A DNA stretch of 64,000 nucleotides from Eubacteriales bacterium (GTDB lineage Bacteria > Bacillota > Clostridia > Oscillospirales > CAG-272): NCBI GenBank assembly GCA_048526005.1, contig DBFVEH010000003.1, positions 64,257 through 128,256 on the forward strand, written 5' to 3'. Made by a program: the position numbers and the translations under genes. This document shows, in pieces, positions 54,215-63,421 of the stretch (position 1 is the stretch's first letter; each line of letters opens with the position of its first letter). Under the pieces are notes generated by a model. The model ran no database searches. It had not been told where the DNA came from and was given only the letters and a program-made list of their open reading frames with translations.

Positions 54215-54463
54215 GCGAACGACATCTGCCTGCTTTTCACGGACGGCGAGCTGCGCGTCCCCGTCGATATCGTAAACGGCTTTCTTCACGGCACGCGGGA
54301 CATGGGATGCTATGTTTTCGCAAAAGAGGAATTCACCGTCGGCTATACCGAATTTGAATCCAAAAAAGCGACGACAATAAGAGGAGGAACCACAAGCTTT
54401 CTCCTTGGAAAACGAACGAAAAGATGGATAGAGGCGGAAGGAACGCTCTCTGCTCGTCCATAA
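54215..54463 (+). other. 82-codon open frame directly in frame after the TAA stop of the preceding gene (possible gene remnant)
   Basis: No start codon or RBS. GC-rich, host-like codon pattern (GAC ATC TGC CTG ... GAG CTG CGC GTC CCC), ending at TAA 54461-54463. Confidence 0.3.
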
Positions 54464-54503
54464 TTTTCACCTGATTTCAATCAAAATTCAGAAAGGACGA
54501 TTT

Positions 54504-55277
54504 ATGAAAAACATTGCAGTTATCACAGGCGCTTCCAGCGGCATCGGGAAAAAATTCACCGAAACGCTGGCCGAACACGGGACCTTCGACGAGGTTTGGG
54601 TCATTGCACGCCGCGAAGGGCGGCTCGAAGAGCTGAAAAGCAAGCTTCCCTTTCCGGTAAAACCGGTCGCGCTGGACCTGTCGGACGCCGAAAGCCACAA
54701 AAAATACGCGGCGCTTCTCGAAGAAGAAAAGCCGCAGATCTCGCTTCTCATCAATTGCAGCGGCTTCGGCAAGTTCTGCGCCACGCTCGACACGCCGCTC
54801 GAAGAAAATCTGAACATGGTGGATCTCAACTGCAAAGCGGTGATGGCGATGTGCCAAAATTCCATTCCGTATATGCAAAAGGGCGCGAAGATCATCAACA
54901 TCGCCTCCGTGGCGGCCTTTCAGCCGATCCCATATATCAACGTATACGGCGCGACCAAGGCGTTCGTCCTGAGCTACAGCCGCGCGCTGAACCGCGAGCT
55001 CCGTTCACGCGGGATTTCCGTCACCGCGGTATGCCCGTTCTGGACCAAAACGGAATTTTTCAACCGCGCCATCGAGCGCGAGGAAAACGCCGTCGTCAAA
55101 AAATATGTCGCGATGTATGTCCCCGAGCAGATTGTGAAACGGGCATGGCGCGACGCCGAACGCAGACGCGACGTGAGCAAATACGGTTTCGTGGCGAGAT
55201 TTCAGATGCTTCTCGCCAAAATCCTGCCGCACAGCTTTGTCATGAGCTACTGGATGCACCAGCAAAAGCTGAAATGA
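54504..55277 (+). CDS. SDR family oxidoreductase
   Basis: TGASSGIG, NIAS and YGATK motifs. Confidence 0.85.
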   Translation: MKNIAVITGASSGIGKKFTETLAEHGTFDEVWVIARREGRLEELKSKLPFPVKPVALDLSDAESHKKYAALLEEEKPQISLLINCSGFGKFCATLDTPLEENLNMVDLNCKAVMAMCQNSIPYMQKGAKIINIASVAAFQPIPYINVYGATKAFVLSYSRALNRELRSRGISVTAVCPFWTKTEFFNRAIEREENAVVKKYVAMYVPEQIVKRAWRDAERRRDVSKYGFVARFQMLLAKILPHSFVMSYWMHQQKLK

Positions 55278-56173
55278 CAGACAGCGTTTATTCCCATTGC
55301 ACGCTCTGTCCGAGACGGTGCGGCATAGACCGCAGAAGCGCCGCCGGCTTCTGCAGCGAATCGGATAAGCTGCGCGTCGCCCGCGCCGCTCTGCACTTTT
55401 GGGAAGAACCATGTCTTTCCGGCGCCGCAGGCTCCGGCGCCGTGTTCTTTTCCGGCTGCGGACTGAAATGCGTATACTGCCAAAACGGCAGCATCGCGCA
55501 CCGGAACCGCGGCAAGGATATCGATGTCTATCGCCTGTGCGAGATCTTCCTCGAGCTGGAGCGGCAGGGCGCCGCGAACATCAATCTTGTCACAGGCGCG
55601 CAGTTCGTTCCGCATATTGTGGAAGCGCTTGCGATGTCCCGCGCGCGCGGACTTCGGATTCCCGCCGTATACAATTCCGGCGGATACGAAACCATAGAAA
55701 CGCTGCGTATGCTGGAAGGACACATCGATATCTACCTTCCGGATTTCAAATACCACGATGTCAAGCTTGCCGAGCGGCTTTCCCATGCCGCGGACTATCC
55801 CGAAAAAGCGGAAGCGGCCGTCGATGAAATGCTCCGTCAAGCAGGGGATGCGGTGTTCGATGAAAACGGCATGATGACACGCGGCGTGATCATCCGGCAT
55901 CTCGTTCTTCCCGGTCATTCGGATGACTCTTTACAAGTACTAAGTCGTCTCTATCACCGATATGGCGACCGCATCTACATCAGCATCATGAACCAGTATA
56001 CGCCATGCGGAAAGTTTCCCACCTCTCCTGAGCTTTCCAGAAGGCTGACGACCTACGAATATGACAAGGTCGTGGATTTTGCCCGAAGCCTCGGCATCCG
56101 AAACGGCTTCATCCAAAGCGGCGGAACCGCCGCGGAAAGCTTCATTCCCGAATTTGACTTCACCGGAATATAA
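55274..56173 (+). CDS. Radical SAM protein (PflA-like activase family)
   Basis: ATGA overlap with the SDR gene. CGLKCVYCQN is a CxxxCxxC cluster, plus an N-terminal CTLCPRRC. Confidence 0.8.
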   Translation: MTDSVYSHCTLCPRRCGIDRRSAAGFCSESDKLRVARAALHFWEEPCLSGAAGSGAVFFSGCGLKCVYCQNGSIAHRNRGKDIDVYRLCEIFLELERQGAANINLVTGAQFVPHIVEALAMSRARGLRIPAVYNSGGYETIETLRMLEGHIDIYLPDFKYHDVKLAERLSHAADYPEKAEAAVDEMLRQAGDAVFDENGMMTRGVIIRHLVLPGHSDDSLQVLSRLYHRYGDRIYISIMNQYTPCGKFPTSPELSRRLTTYEYDKVVDFARSLGIRNGFIQSGGTAAESFIPEFDFTGI

Positions 56174-56210
56174 AACATCTGTATAACAAATGTTATACAG
56201 ATGTTTCTTT
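56173..56210. terminator. Bidirectional terminator between the radical SAM gene and yunB
   Basis: AAACATCTGTATAACA-aa-TGTTATACAGATGTTT. Confidence 0.7.
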
Positions 56211-56861
56211 TTAGCTTCCGGTACCGAGCCACACGCTTGGCACCTCACCGACGATCACGGTTTCCGCGATGCAGACGTTGGTGGAAACGCAGACCTCGAT
56301 CGTTTTATCCTTTACAAGTCCGGCGACGCCCGCATCGATGACGAGATTCACCGTATGCTTCGATTGGTTGATACCGGCGCAGGTAAGCTCGCTCTCCACA
56401 TTGGCAGTCACTCCTCCGAACGGCTGTACCTTCACATTCAAATAGGTTTCCGGCAAAAACGAGGATAAAAATCCCTCTCCGAAAAGATTGGCATAGGAAA
56501 TCGGCACGCCGTATTTTTCAAGCTCCGAAAGACCTGTCGCGATCTCCGCCACAATATCCGCACGCATTCGGTTGATCAGGATGGAATTTGCGGAGACAGC
56601 GGTGATTTTTCCCTCCGACGAATAACTGACGCAGGCAAATGTTCCGGACGCATATGCCGCCTCCGACGCGATGCGCGCAACGGCGTCATTGATGATTTCG
56701 GTGATTTTGTTTTCAACCTGCCGTTTCACGACCGAATCCATGATTTTATCGATCTGAGCGTTGATATACGCAACGACGAGGACCGCAAAAATCAAAATAA
56801 CGGCCAAAAGCAAGCACAGCCTTCGGCCTGCACGGGATTTTCGCCTTTTTACCGTAACCAT
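56211..56861 (-). CDS. yunB: Sporulation protein YunB
   Basis: 216 aa. N-terminal TM, then the INAQIDKIMDSVVKRQVENKITEIINDAV pattern characteristic of YunB. Confidence 0.7.
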   Translation of the reverse strand: MVTVKRRKSRAGRRLCLLLAVILIFAVLVVAYINAQIDKIMDSVVKRQVENKITEIINDAVARIASEAAYASGTFACVSYSSEGKITAVSANSILINRMRADIVAEIATGLSELEKYGVPISYANLFGEGFLSSFLPETYLNVKVQPFGGVTANVESELTCAGINQSKHTVNLVIDAGVAGLVKDKTIEVCVSTNVCIAETVIVGEVPSVWLGTGS

Positions 56862-57377
56862 GTAAAATCACCTCGATTCAGAATATGCTTTTGACGACAT
56901 TTTGTGAAAAACATGATTTTTTTGTATAGAAAAATCAAAGCAACATTTGATTATCCCTTGAAAATACCGTATTGACGGCATTTCAGAGGGATTGAGCAGC
57001 CTCATTTTACCACGAACTTACTACTCACAAACGAGTCCCGAGACACCGAAAATCCGGGAAATGCAAAGTTATGGATACGGTACGGAAAATCGGAGCGCGA
57101 ATCGTCCTCCGCATGACAACTGAATATCGACCGGGTTCAGCCGATTCAGCGCTATAGGTATTCGCTCTCTGTCCCTATGGCACTTTTTGTTTGACTGTGC
57201 GGGCGCAACAAACGCACAGCCTATCAGGGCTTTAAAAATATATCAAAAAGGATTGAAAACGGGCTGTAAAACCCTCTATGGCAGCTTTTTGAAAGGAAAA
57301 CTTTTGTTTTCTCATGCGAAGACCTCCGGCCCGTTACAAACGGACAAAAGCTGTTTTTTCAACACTTGCCATAATGC

Positions 57378-57436
57378 AGAGCGGGAGTACAGCTTTTCTG
57401 TAAAAATTCCATGAGCTGTACTCCCGCTCTTTTTTG
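57378..57436 (+). terminator. Orphan strong terminator in a gene-poor spacer
   Basis: AGAGCGGGAGTACAGCT-19 nt-AGCTGTACTCCCGCTCT followed by TTTTTT. No credible upstream CDS. Confidence 0.55.
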
Positions 57437-57951
57437 TATATTAGGGTGCAGACTGTACCCCGCTTCTTTCTCCTGGATAGATAGGAAAGGATGGATATTC
57501 GCAGCAGCAGGCGGTGTGGGAATGTGCGTAAACTGCCAACCCTATCGGCGCTGTGGGAAACCTATTTGCGGACTTGTAAGAAAGAGCTCGCCCCTTTCCA
57601 TAGGCTTATGAATGGGTTTTCCATCGGCAAAGCGTCCGTTTTCCACATTTCCATGACGCGGCCTTTTGTCCGGCGGTGAGGCAACAATGATTTAGCGGGA
57701 CATGGCATACGCCATCTTCATTTCTCATAAGGGCTTGGGATTATCCCAACAAGCATTTTTCATTTTCGGGCAAGGGACCTGAAAATCCGAAAAATCGCAA
57801 ATGGGTACTCACTTGCTGTGATTGCTATCGATGCTCTGCCTTCTATTTTTCCTCTACCAATACTACACGGACCTTTTGGTTTTTCATTCAAGCGGACTAT
57901 TGATATACTTCAACGTTTATGGGAAACGGATGTCCAGATTATTGACATCCC

Positions 57952-57987
57952 CAAAAAGGAAAAGCCCAGCCGCACAAACGACTGGGC
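57952..57987 (-). terminator. Terminator after the AraC-family gene
   Basis: Minus strand: GCCCAGTCG-tttgtg-CGGCTGGGC followed by TTTTCCTTTTT. Confidence 0.65.
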
Positions 57988-58020
57988 ACATAGATCAATG
58001 TTGTCAAAAGCGAGATTAGA

Positions 58021-58983
58021 TCAATCTTTTTGGAGCAGTTCCCGGAACACGTGAGGCGTTTCTCCAAATTTTTGCCGGAATACATGGTAGAAATTCGATA
58101 CCCCATGATAACCAACTGCTTTTGCAATGTCACTTGTGTTCATATTGCTTTTTTCAAGAAGCTCCAGCGCAAGCTCCATCCGCAATGTCCGAACATATTC
58201 TCCAATGCTTTTACCTTCTGTGAGCTGAAATGCCCTTTGAAGTTTATTTTTGTTAAGAGCAACTTTTTTGCACAGATCAAAAATTGTCGGCACATTGTCT
58301 ATATTATCCCGAATCAATTTCTTTGCCCGCAAAACGGCTGCAATTTCATCTTCACTTAGATAAATAGGCGGAACCGCGGTATATCGTTGTGTCAAATCCA
58401 ACAGATGACCCGCAGCGGCTAATCCTTGCCCCCGCATCCAAAGTCGAAACGCTTCTCCTGTAAGTGGACATTTTTCAATACGCTGATAAATGGAAAACAG
58501 TTCAGGCGAATGAATTTCATTACAGGCAAGAGATCGTTTCAAATCTTCCCAAAAGCTGTCATATAGAGATATATTATTTTCGTGAAAAAAAGATTCTTGA
58601 AAGTACATTCCCTGGAACCGAAGGCGCTGCCCTCCGGTTATTTTCATGAAAAGCGGAACGGGAGAATTAAAAACATAACAGTCTATGCCAATGTGTGATT
58701 CTCTCATTTCTGATTTTCGGTTGTAGCTGACCATTTGACCTTCTTCGGTAAAGCTAATCCCTATATACCGTTGGTGGATCTGCGAGCGGATCATCATATC
58801 CTCCGGAAATACAACATCGACCGAAGCCACGCAAAAGCCATATAAATCCCCCCAAAACCGAACGTGGGATGTTTTATCAAAAAAGGTGAACAACGTACAG
58901 TTCCCGATTTCTTTTCGTACAGCTCCCAGAGAGCCGTAAAACAATACTGTTTCATCTACATTGTGGATCGTAATCATAACCAA
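58021..58983 (-). CDS. AraC family transcriptional regulator
   Basis: 320 aa with a C-terminal double HTH (...SIGEYVRTLRMELALELL...SDIAKAVGYHGVSNFYHVFRQKFGETP). Confidence 0.85.
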   Translation of the reverse strand: MVMITIHNVDETVLFYGSLGAVRKEIGNCTLFTFFDKTSHVRFWGDLYGFCVASVDVVFPEDMMIRSQIHQRYIGISFTEEGQMVSYNRKSEMRESHIGIDCYVFNSPVPLFMKITGGQRLRFQGMYFQESFFHENNISLYDSFWEDLKRSLACNEIHSPELFSIYQRIEKCPLTGEAFRLWMRGQGLAAAGHLLDLTQRYTAVPPIYLSEDEIAAVLRAKKLIRDNIDNVPTIFDLCKKVALNKNKLQRAFQLTEGKSIGEYVRTLRMELALELLEKSNMNTSDIAKAVGYHGVSNFYHVFRQKFGETPHVFRELLQKD

Positions 58984-59146
58984 TCGCCTCTATGCCGAAA
59001 TGGCACACATTTTTCTGTTTTAGCACGATTATGGGTTAGGTCAAACTAACTCACGATATTAAGTATAGCAAGAAAAACGCATAAAATCAAGGGTTTTCTA
59101 AATAAATCCAAACAATCAAGGTGTGTGATAGGCACTTCTATACCAC

Positions 59147-59175
59147 TTGACGGGAATAAAAATTTTTTGCATAAT
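59147..59175 (+). promoter_or_regulatory. Promoter of the ABC/MptD/EcfT operon
   Basis: TTGACG (59147-59152), 17 bp, CATAAT (59170-59175), followed by the inverted repeat GGTTAG-n6-CTAACC at 59183-59200. Confidence 0.45.
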
Positions 59176-59254
59176 GTCCTATGGTTAGCAGCGCCTAACC
59201 GACAGAAATTACTTGCCTTGAAATTCATAATCCTGAAAGACAGAAAGGAGAAAT

Positions 59255-61090
59255 ATGAAAGAAACAAAGAAAAATGCCATTCTGCGGGTATTCCAAACTG
59301 CACATTGCAACTCCGCCCATTATATATTTGGCGTAGCCTGTTCCTCTATTAGTATATTGCTGTCCGGCATTCCCTTCTATACAATCTACCGAATCGTCCA
59401 TATCTTTTTGGAAGCCTCCTTAAACAACACGGCAGTAGATGTATCTGCTGCATGGCTGTGGGCAGGAATCACGCTGGCAAGTATTGTCATTGGCATTGTG
59501 CTTTCTATTATTGGCAGCTTTGTTTGTCACTCCTGTGCCTTTCATGCACTTTATGGCCTGCGGATGAGGATTCTGAACCACATGGGCAGGCTGAATTTAG
59601 GCTTTTTCACAGGCGGACAGTCCGGAGCGGTACAAAAGATCATGAACGACAACATTGAAAAAATGGAAAATATCATTGCTCATGATGTATCAAACCTTAT
59701 AGGAGCCGGACTTCTTCTGGTTTCACTGGCAGTGCTGTTGTTTTCTATCAATGTACCGCTTGCTTTGACCATTACAGTTGCATTGGCACTTGCATTTGTC
59801 ATCCAGTTTTCGGCTTTTGGAGGAAAGCGGGGGCAGAAGATCTGGACAGACCTCAACCGCTCTTCCACAGAACTGGACGCGGCATTTTCAGAATATATAT
59901 CTGGGATGGAGGAAGAAAAAATCTTTGGAAGGCCGGAGGCAGCAGCATCGCGGCTGACTGGATTGATAGAGAAAAACCGGAAAAGTCTGATGGCCTATCT
60001 AAAGCGAGTCACGCCTATCTATGGTGCTTACAAAACCATCACTCTTTCTGTTCTGTCCTTCATTTTGGCTGCGGGATGTATTTTGCTATATTTGAACCCT
60101 GGGGATCATGGCTTGATGATGGAACTGTTGATGTTCTTGATTGTAGGACCGGCAGCTATCAGCCCGCTGATGGAATTGGTAGAGCTTGGCGCAGACCTAC
60201 GGAACCTGGCTGTACGAATGGATCAGATTGAGGACATTATGAAGATGGAGCCGATGGCGGAGGGAAACTGCGATAACCCGCCGGCTTCTGCCGAGCTTGA
60301 GTTTAAAGATGTGAGTTTTTCCTATCAAAAAGCGGCAGATCCCCTGCGACGCATGGCACTTCATCATGTCACGATGCACATCCCGGCCGGTTCCTTCGCT
60401 GCTTTGGTTGGTCCATCGGGCGGAGGAAAATCCACAGCTGGACAACTGCTTGCAAGATTTTGGGATGTTGAAAGCGGCAGCATTTCGATTGGAGGGAAAG
60501 ACATACGGGACTATTCCGCCAAAGCTCTTATGGATACCGTTGCTTTTGTGTTTCAAGATACTTACATATTTGCAGAAAGTGTCTATGACAATATAGCCAT
60601 GCACCAAAATGTGACCTATGAGGAAGTTGAACGATCTGCAAAGGCGGCACGCTGCCATGATTTTATTCAAGCGTTGCCGGACGGCTATCACACGAAATTA
60701 GGCAGTGGCGGACATAAATTATCTGGCGGAGAGGCACAGCGTATCGCCATTGCGCGGGCGATTCTAAAAAACGCCCCGATCGTCGTGCTGGACGAAGCTA
60801 TGGCCTTTGCAGACGCAGAAAACGAACTGGCACTGCGGGAAGGCATGGCGGAATTGTTAAAGGGAAAAACCGTTCTGATGATCGCACATCGCCTTTATTC
60901 TATTCAAGACGCGGACACTATTTTCGTTCTGGAAAGCGGGCATTTGAAAGAAAAAGGGACACATCAAGAGCTGCTCCAAAAGCATGGCCTATATGCTCAT
61001 CTGTGGTCCGTTCAGAACGAAACCGAAAACTGGCAGATGAAAGGAGGCGCAGTGCATGTTCAAAATGATTCGCCAATTCACCTTTCATAA
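59255..61090 (+). CDS. ABC transporter fused permease/ATPase (YbtP/MptA-B-like)
   Basis: 611 aa. GPSGGGKST, LSGGEAQR, VVLDEAMAFAD. AAAGGAG RBS. Confidence 0.85.
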   Translation: MKETKKNAILRVFQTAHCNSAHYIFGVACSSISILLSGIPFYTIYRIVHIFLEASLNNTAVDVSAAWLWAGITLASIVIGIVLSIIGSFVCHSCAFHALYGLRMRILNHMGRLNLGFFTGGQSGAVQKIMNDNIEKMENIIAHDVSNLIGAGLLLVSLAVLLFSINVPLALTITVALALAFVIQFSAFGGKRGQKIWTDLNRSSTELDAAFSEYISGMEEEKIFGRPEAAASRLTGLIEKNRKSLMAYLKRVTPIYGAYKTITLSVLSFILAAGCILLYLNPGDHGLMMELLMFLIVGPAAISPLMELVELGADLRNLAVRMDQIEDIMKMEPMAEGNCDNPPASAELEFKDVSFSYQKAADPLRRMALHHVTMHIPAGSFAALVGPSGGGKSTAGQLLARFWDVESGSISIGGKDIRDYSAKALMDTVAFVFQDTYIFAESVYDNIAMHQNVTYEEVERSAKAARCHDFIQALPDGYHTKLGSGGHKLSGGEAQRIAIARAILKNAPIVVLDEAMAFADAENELALREGMAELLKGKTVLMIAHRLYSIQDADTIFVLESGHLKEKGTHQELLQKHGLYAHLWSVQNETENWQMKGGAVHVQNDSPIHLS

Positions 61091-62813
61091 TCCGAAAGAA
61101 ATTATCCAGCCTACGGTATGGCTGTTTCTTTCACAGGCGTGCAGTATGCTTCCTGCCATTTTGGCATATATGGCGATTTATATGCTGGGGCAGGCTTTTG
61201 TTCCGCCGTATACATTGGATTTGCAGCTCCTTATTATACTTACAGCCATTGGTTTGGGATATGTCCTGCTTCAATACGCGGTAGAGCTGGTTTCCTACTA
61301 CTTCACCTATGGACGCGCTTACAGCGATACAGCAAAAAAGCGTGTGGCATATATCCAAAAGCTGCGCCGCCAGCCGCTGGGATTTTTTTCGTCCAAAGAG
61401 TCAGGGGAACTCATTAGCTCCTTTTCTAATGATTTTTCAAACGTGGAATACACACTTTGCTACTGGCTGCCATATCCGATTGGCGTCGGCATACTGTTAG
61501 TGATTTCCATTGTATGGATCAGTATTTATGACTGGCGCATGGGGATTGCCATGTTCGGGATGCTGCCGGTTTGCGCGGCGCTTATGTTTGGGATCGCCCG
61601 TATTAAAGAAAAGCACAGCCGACAGGTCATGGAGGCAAAAACCCATGCGGCTACGCAAATCAACGAATATCTCCATGGTATGAAAGATTTGAAAGCGTAC
61701 CATCGGACAGGAGATGGTTTTCATTCCTTAGAAACGGCCCTGAGTAAATTGCGTGACGAGTCGTTAAAAGAAGAATCGGTTGCGGGCAGCTTATCCACAC
61801 TGTGCTCCTCTTTGGTAAAGTTCATTGTTCCCGTCACTGCCGCAATTGGCCTTTATCTGTTGATTGGCGGTACGCTGTCTGTTTTGGATCTTGCAGGCTT
61901 TCTCGTTTTAGCGACCAAGCTGGTAGAAGCAGAATTGATGATTGTGATAAGCATATCTTCATTGCGCGGGATGATTCCTTCCGGTGAGCGATTGGACAAG
62001 GTGATGACAACAGACGAACCATCGGGAACAGAACAAATAGAGATCGGAAATGCCTACTCTTTTGAGAAAGTTTCTTTCCATTACACCAAAAATAGGGAGA
62101 TTATTCAAAGCGTTTCATTTGATACGCCCCCCGGCTTGTTGACCGCTTTGGTAGGCCCATCGGGAGGCGGGAAATCCACACTGCTTCGTCTGATGGCACG
62201 GTTTTGGGATTATCAAACCGGCCATATCCGAATGGATGGCAGGGATATCAAAGAAATTCAACCGGACAGCCTTCTTTCCAATATCTCCATGGTCATGCAA
62301 AACGCCTATTTGTTCCGTGGAACGATCCGGGAAAACCTTTGCTTTGGCGATGAGAGCATTACAGAAGAACAGATGACGGAGGCATGCAGGCAGGCCCGCT
62401 GCCATGATTTTATCTCAGCACTGCCGGAAGGATACGACACGGTTGTTGGCGAAGGCGGAGCCACTCTCTCCGGTGGTGAACGTCAACGGATTTCGCTGGC
62501 CAGAGCATTTCTAAAAGATGTGCCTATCCTGCTTCTGGATGAGCCGACCGCCTCTTTGGATGCGGATAACGAAGCCATGGTGCAGAAGGCGTTAGATGCG
62601 ATTTCCAAAGAACGTACCGTCGTTATGATTGCACACAGGTTAAAAACGGTGCGCGGCGCCGATCAAATCCTCGTATTACAGGATGGGAAGATCGTACAGA
62701 AAGGAACCCATAACCAGCTCGCCGGACAAAAGGGACTATATGCCCGGCTGTGGGGGCTACAAAGTCAAGCTGGAAATTATACATTCAAACAATCTGAGGA
62801 GGAAAACCAATGA
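61056..62813 (+). CDS. ABC transporter fused permease/ATPase (YbtQ/MptC-like)
   Basis: 585 aa. GPSGGGKST, LSGGERQR, LLLDEPTASLD. AAAGGAGG lies 8 nt upstream of the ATG. 35-nt overlap with the upstream gene. Confidence 0.85.
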   Translation: MFKMIRQFTFHNPKEIIQPTVWLFLSQACSMLPAILAYMAIYMLGQAFVPPYTLDLQLLIILTAIGLGYVLLQYAVELVSYYFTYGRAYSDTAKKRVAYIQKLRRQPLGFFSSKESGELISSFSNDFSNVEYTLCYWLPYPIGVGILLVISIVWISIYDWRMGIAMFGMLPVCAALMFGIARIKEKHSRQVMEAKTHAATQINEYLHGMKDLKAYHRTGDGFHSLETALSKLRDESLKEESVAGSLSTLCSSLVKFIVPVTAAIGLYLLIGGTLSVLDLAGFLVLATKLVEAELMIVISISSLRGMIPSGERLDKVMTTDEPSGTEQIEIGNAYSFEKVSFHYTKNREIIQSVSFDTPPGLLTALVGPSGGGKSTLLRLMARFWDYQTGHIRMDGRDIKEIQPDSLLSNISMVMQNAYLFRGTIRENLCFGDESITEEQMTEACRQARCHDFISALPEGYDTVVGEGGATLSGGERQRISLARAFLKDVPILLLDEPTASLDADNEAMVQKALDAISKERTVVMIAHRLKTVRGADQILVLQDGKIVQKGTHNQLAGQKGLYARLWGLQSQAGNYTFKQSEEENQ

Positions 62814-63421
62814 ACAAAACGAAGTTTTTGAATCTCAAAGAACTGGTGATTGTACTTTTGCTGGCCTGTGTAGAAACGGCTATCGCTCTCGTAGTCACCA
62901 TGCCGTTTGCTGCAAATTTGCAGCTCGTCTATTTTCTTGCACCCGGTCTTGCAGGTTTGATCAACGGTATCATCTACGTCCTGCTGGTGAAAAAGTGCCC
63001 TAAAATTGGTACACAGTTTATGATCCCTATGGTTTACGGCTTGTATTTCCTGTTTACGGGTAGTGTCTATGTATTTGCGTTTTTTGCAATTCTGGCAGTT
63101 GTAAACGAGCTGATTATGCTGGGCGGCGGGTATCAGAGCAAAATCCGTCCGGCGATTCCTCATACGCTTACATGGATGCTCAACGCCATGGGAAGTACTT
63201 TGACCATGCTGCTGTTCCGTGACAGCCTGGTACAAAGTTATGTAGCTATGGGGATGGACGCCGCCAGTGCAGACGCTGCTCTTGCGTCCCTGGAAGGATT
63301 TTGGTTGGCTCCGCAGAACATTGCTATCGCGTTGGTCGCCGCAGCAGTTTTGTCTATCGCCGGATATGCGTTGGGTATAAAAATGTTGGGTAAACACTTT
63401 AAGCCTGCCGGAGTTGTATAA
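62810..63421 (+). CDS. MptD/Trep_Strep-family putative ECF S component
   Basis: 203 aa, 6 TM, ATGA overlap with the upstream gene. The family was recalled from context (an S-like component followed by EcfT after a YbtPQ-like pair). Confidence 0.55.
   Translation: MNKTKFLNLKELVIVLLLACVETAIALVVTMPFAANLQLVYFLAPGLAGLINGIIYVLLVKKCPKIGTQFMIPMVYGLYFLFTGSVYVFAFFAILAVVNELIMLGGGYQSKIRPAIPHTLTWMLNAMGSTLTMLLFRDSLVQSYVAMGMDAASADAALASLEGFWLAPQNIAIALVAAAVLSIAGYALGIKMLGKHFKPAGVV

Noticed and set aside
56862-56960. SigE-type sporulation promoter upstream of yunB (CATATTCT about 20 nt before the ATG)
   Set aside because: The -10 is plausible but the -35 region (TCACAAA) matches the consensus poorly. This is too weak to report as a feature without expression data.
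57600-57730. Minus-strand 40-codon Cys-rich ORF (MRNEDGVCHVPLNHCCLTAGQKAASWKCGKRTLCRWKTHS), considered as a possible RiPP precursor, and integrase-like strings such as FTHIPTPPAAANIHPFLSIQE
   Set aside because: There is no SD sequence, no neighbouring maturation genes, and the similarity to integrase box motifs does not hold when spacing is checked. Reported only as part of the decayed spacer.
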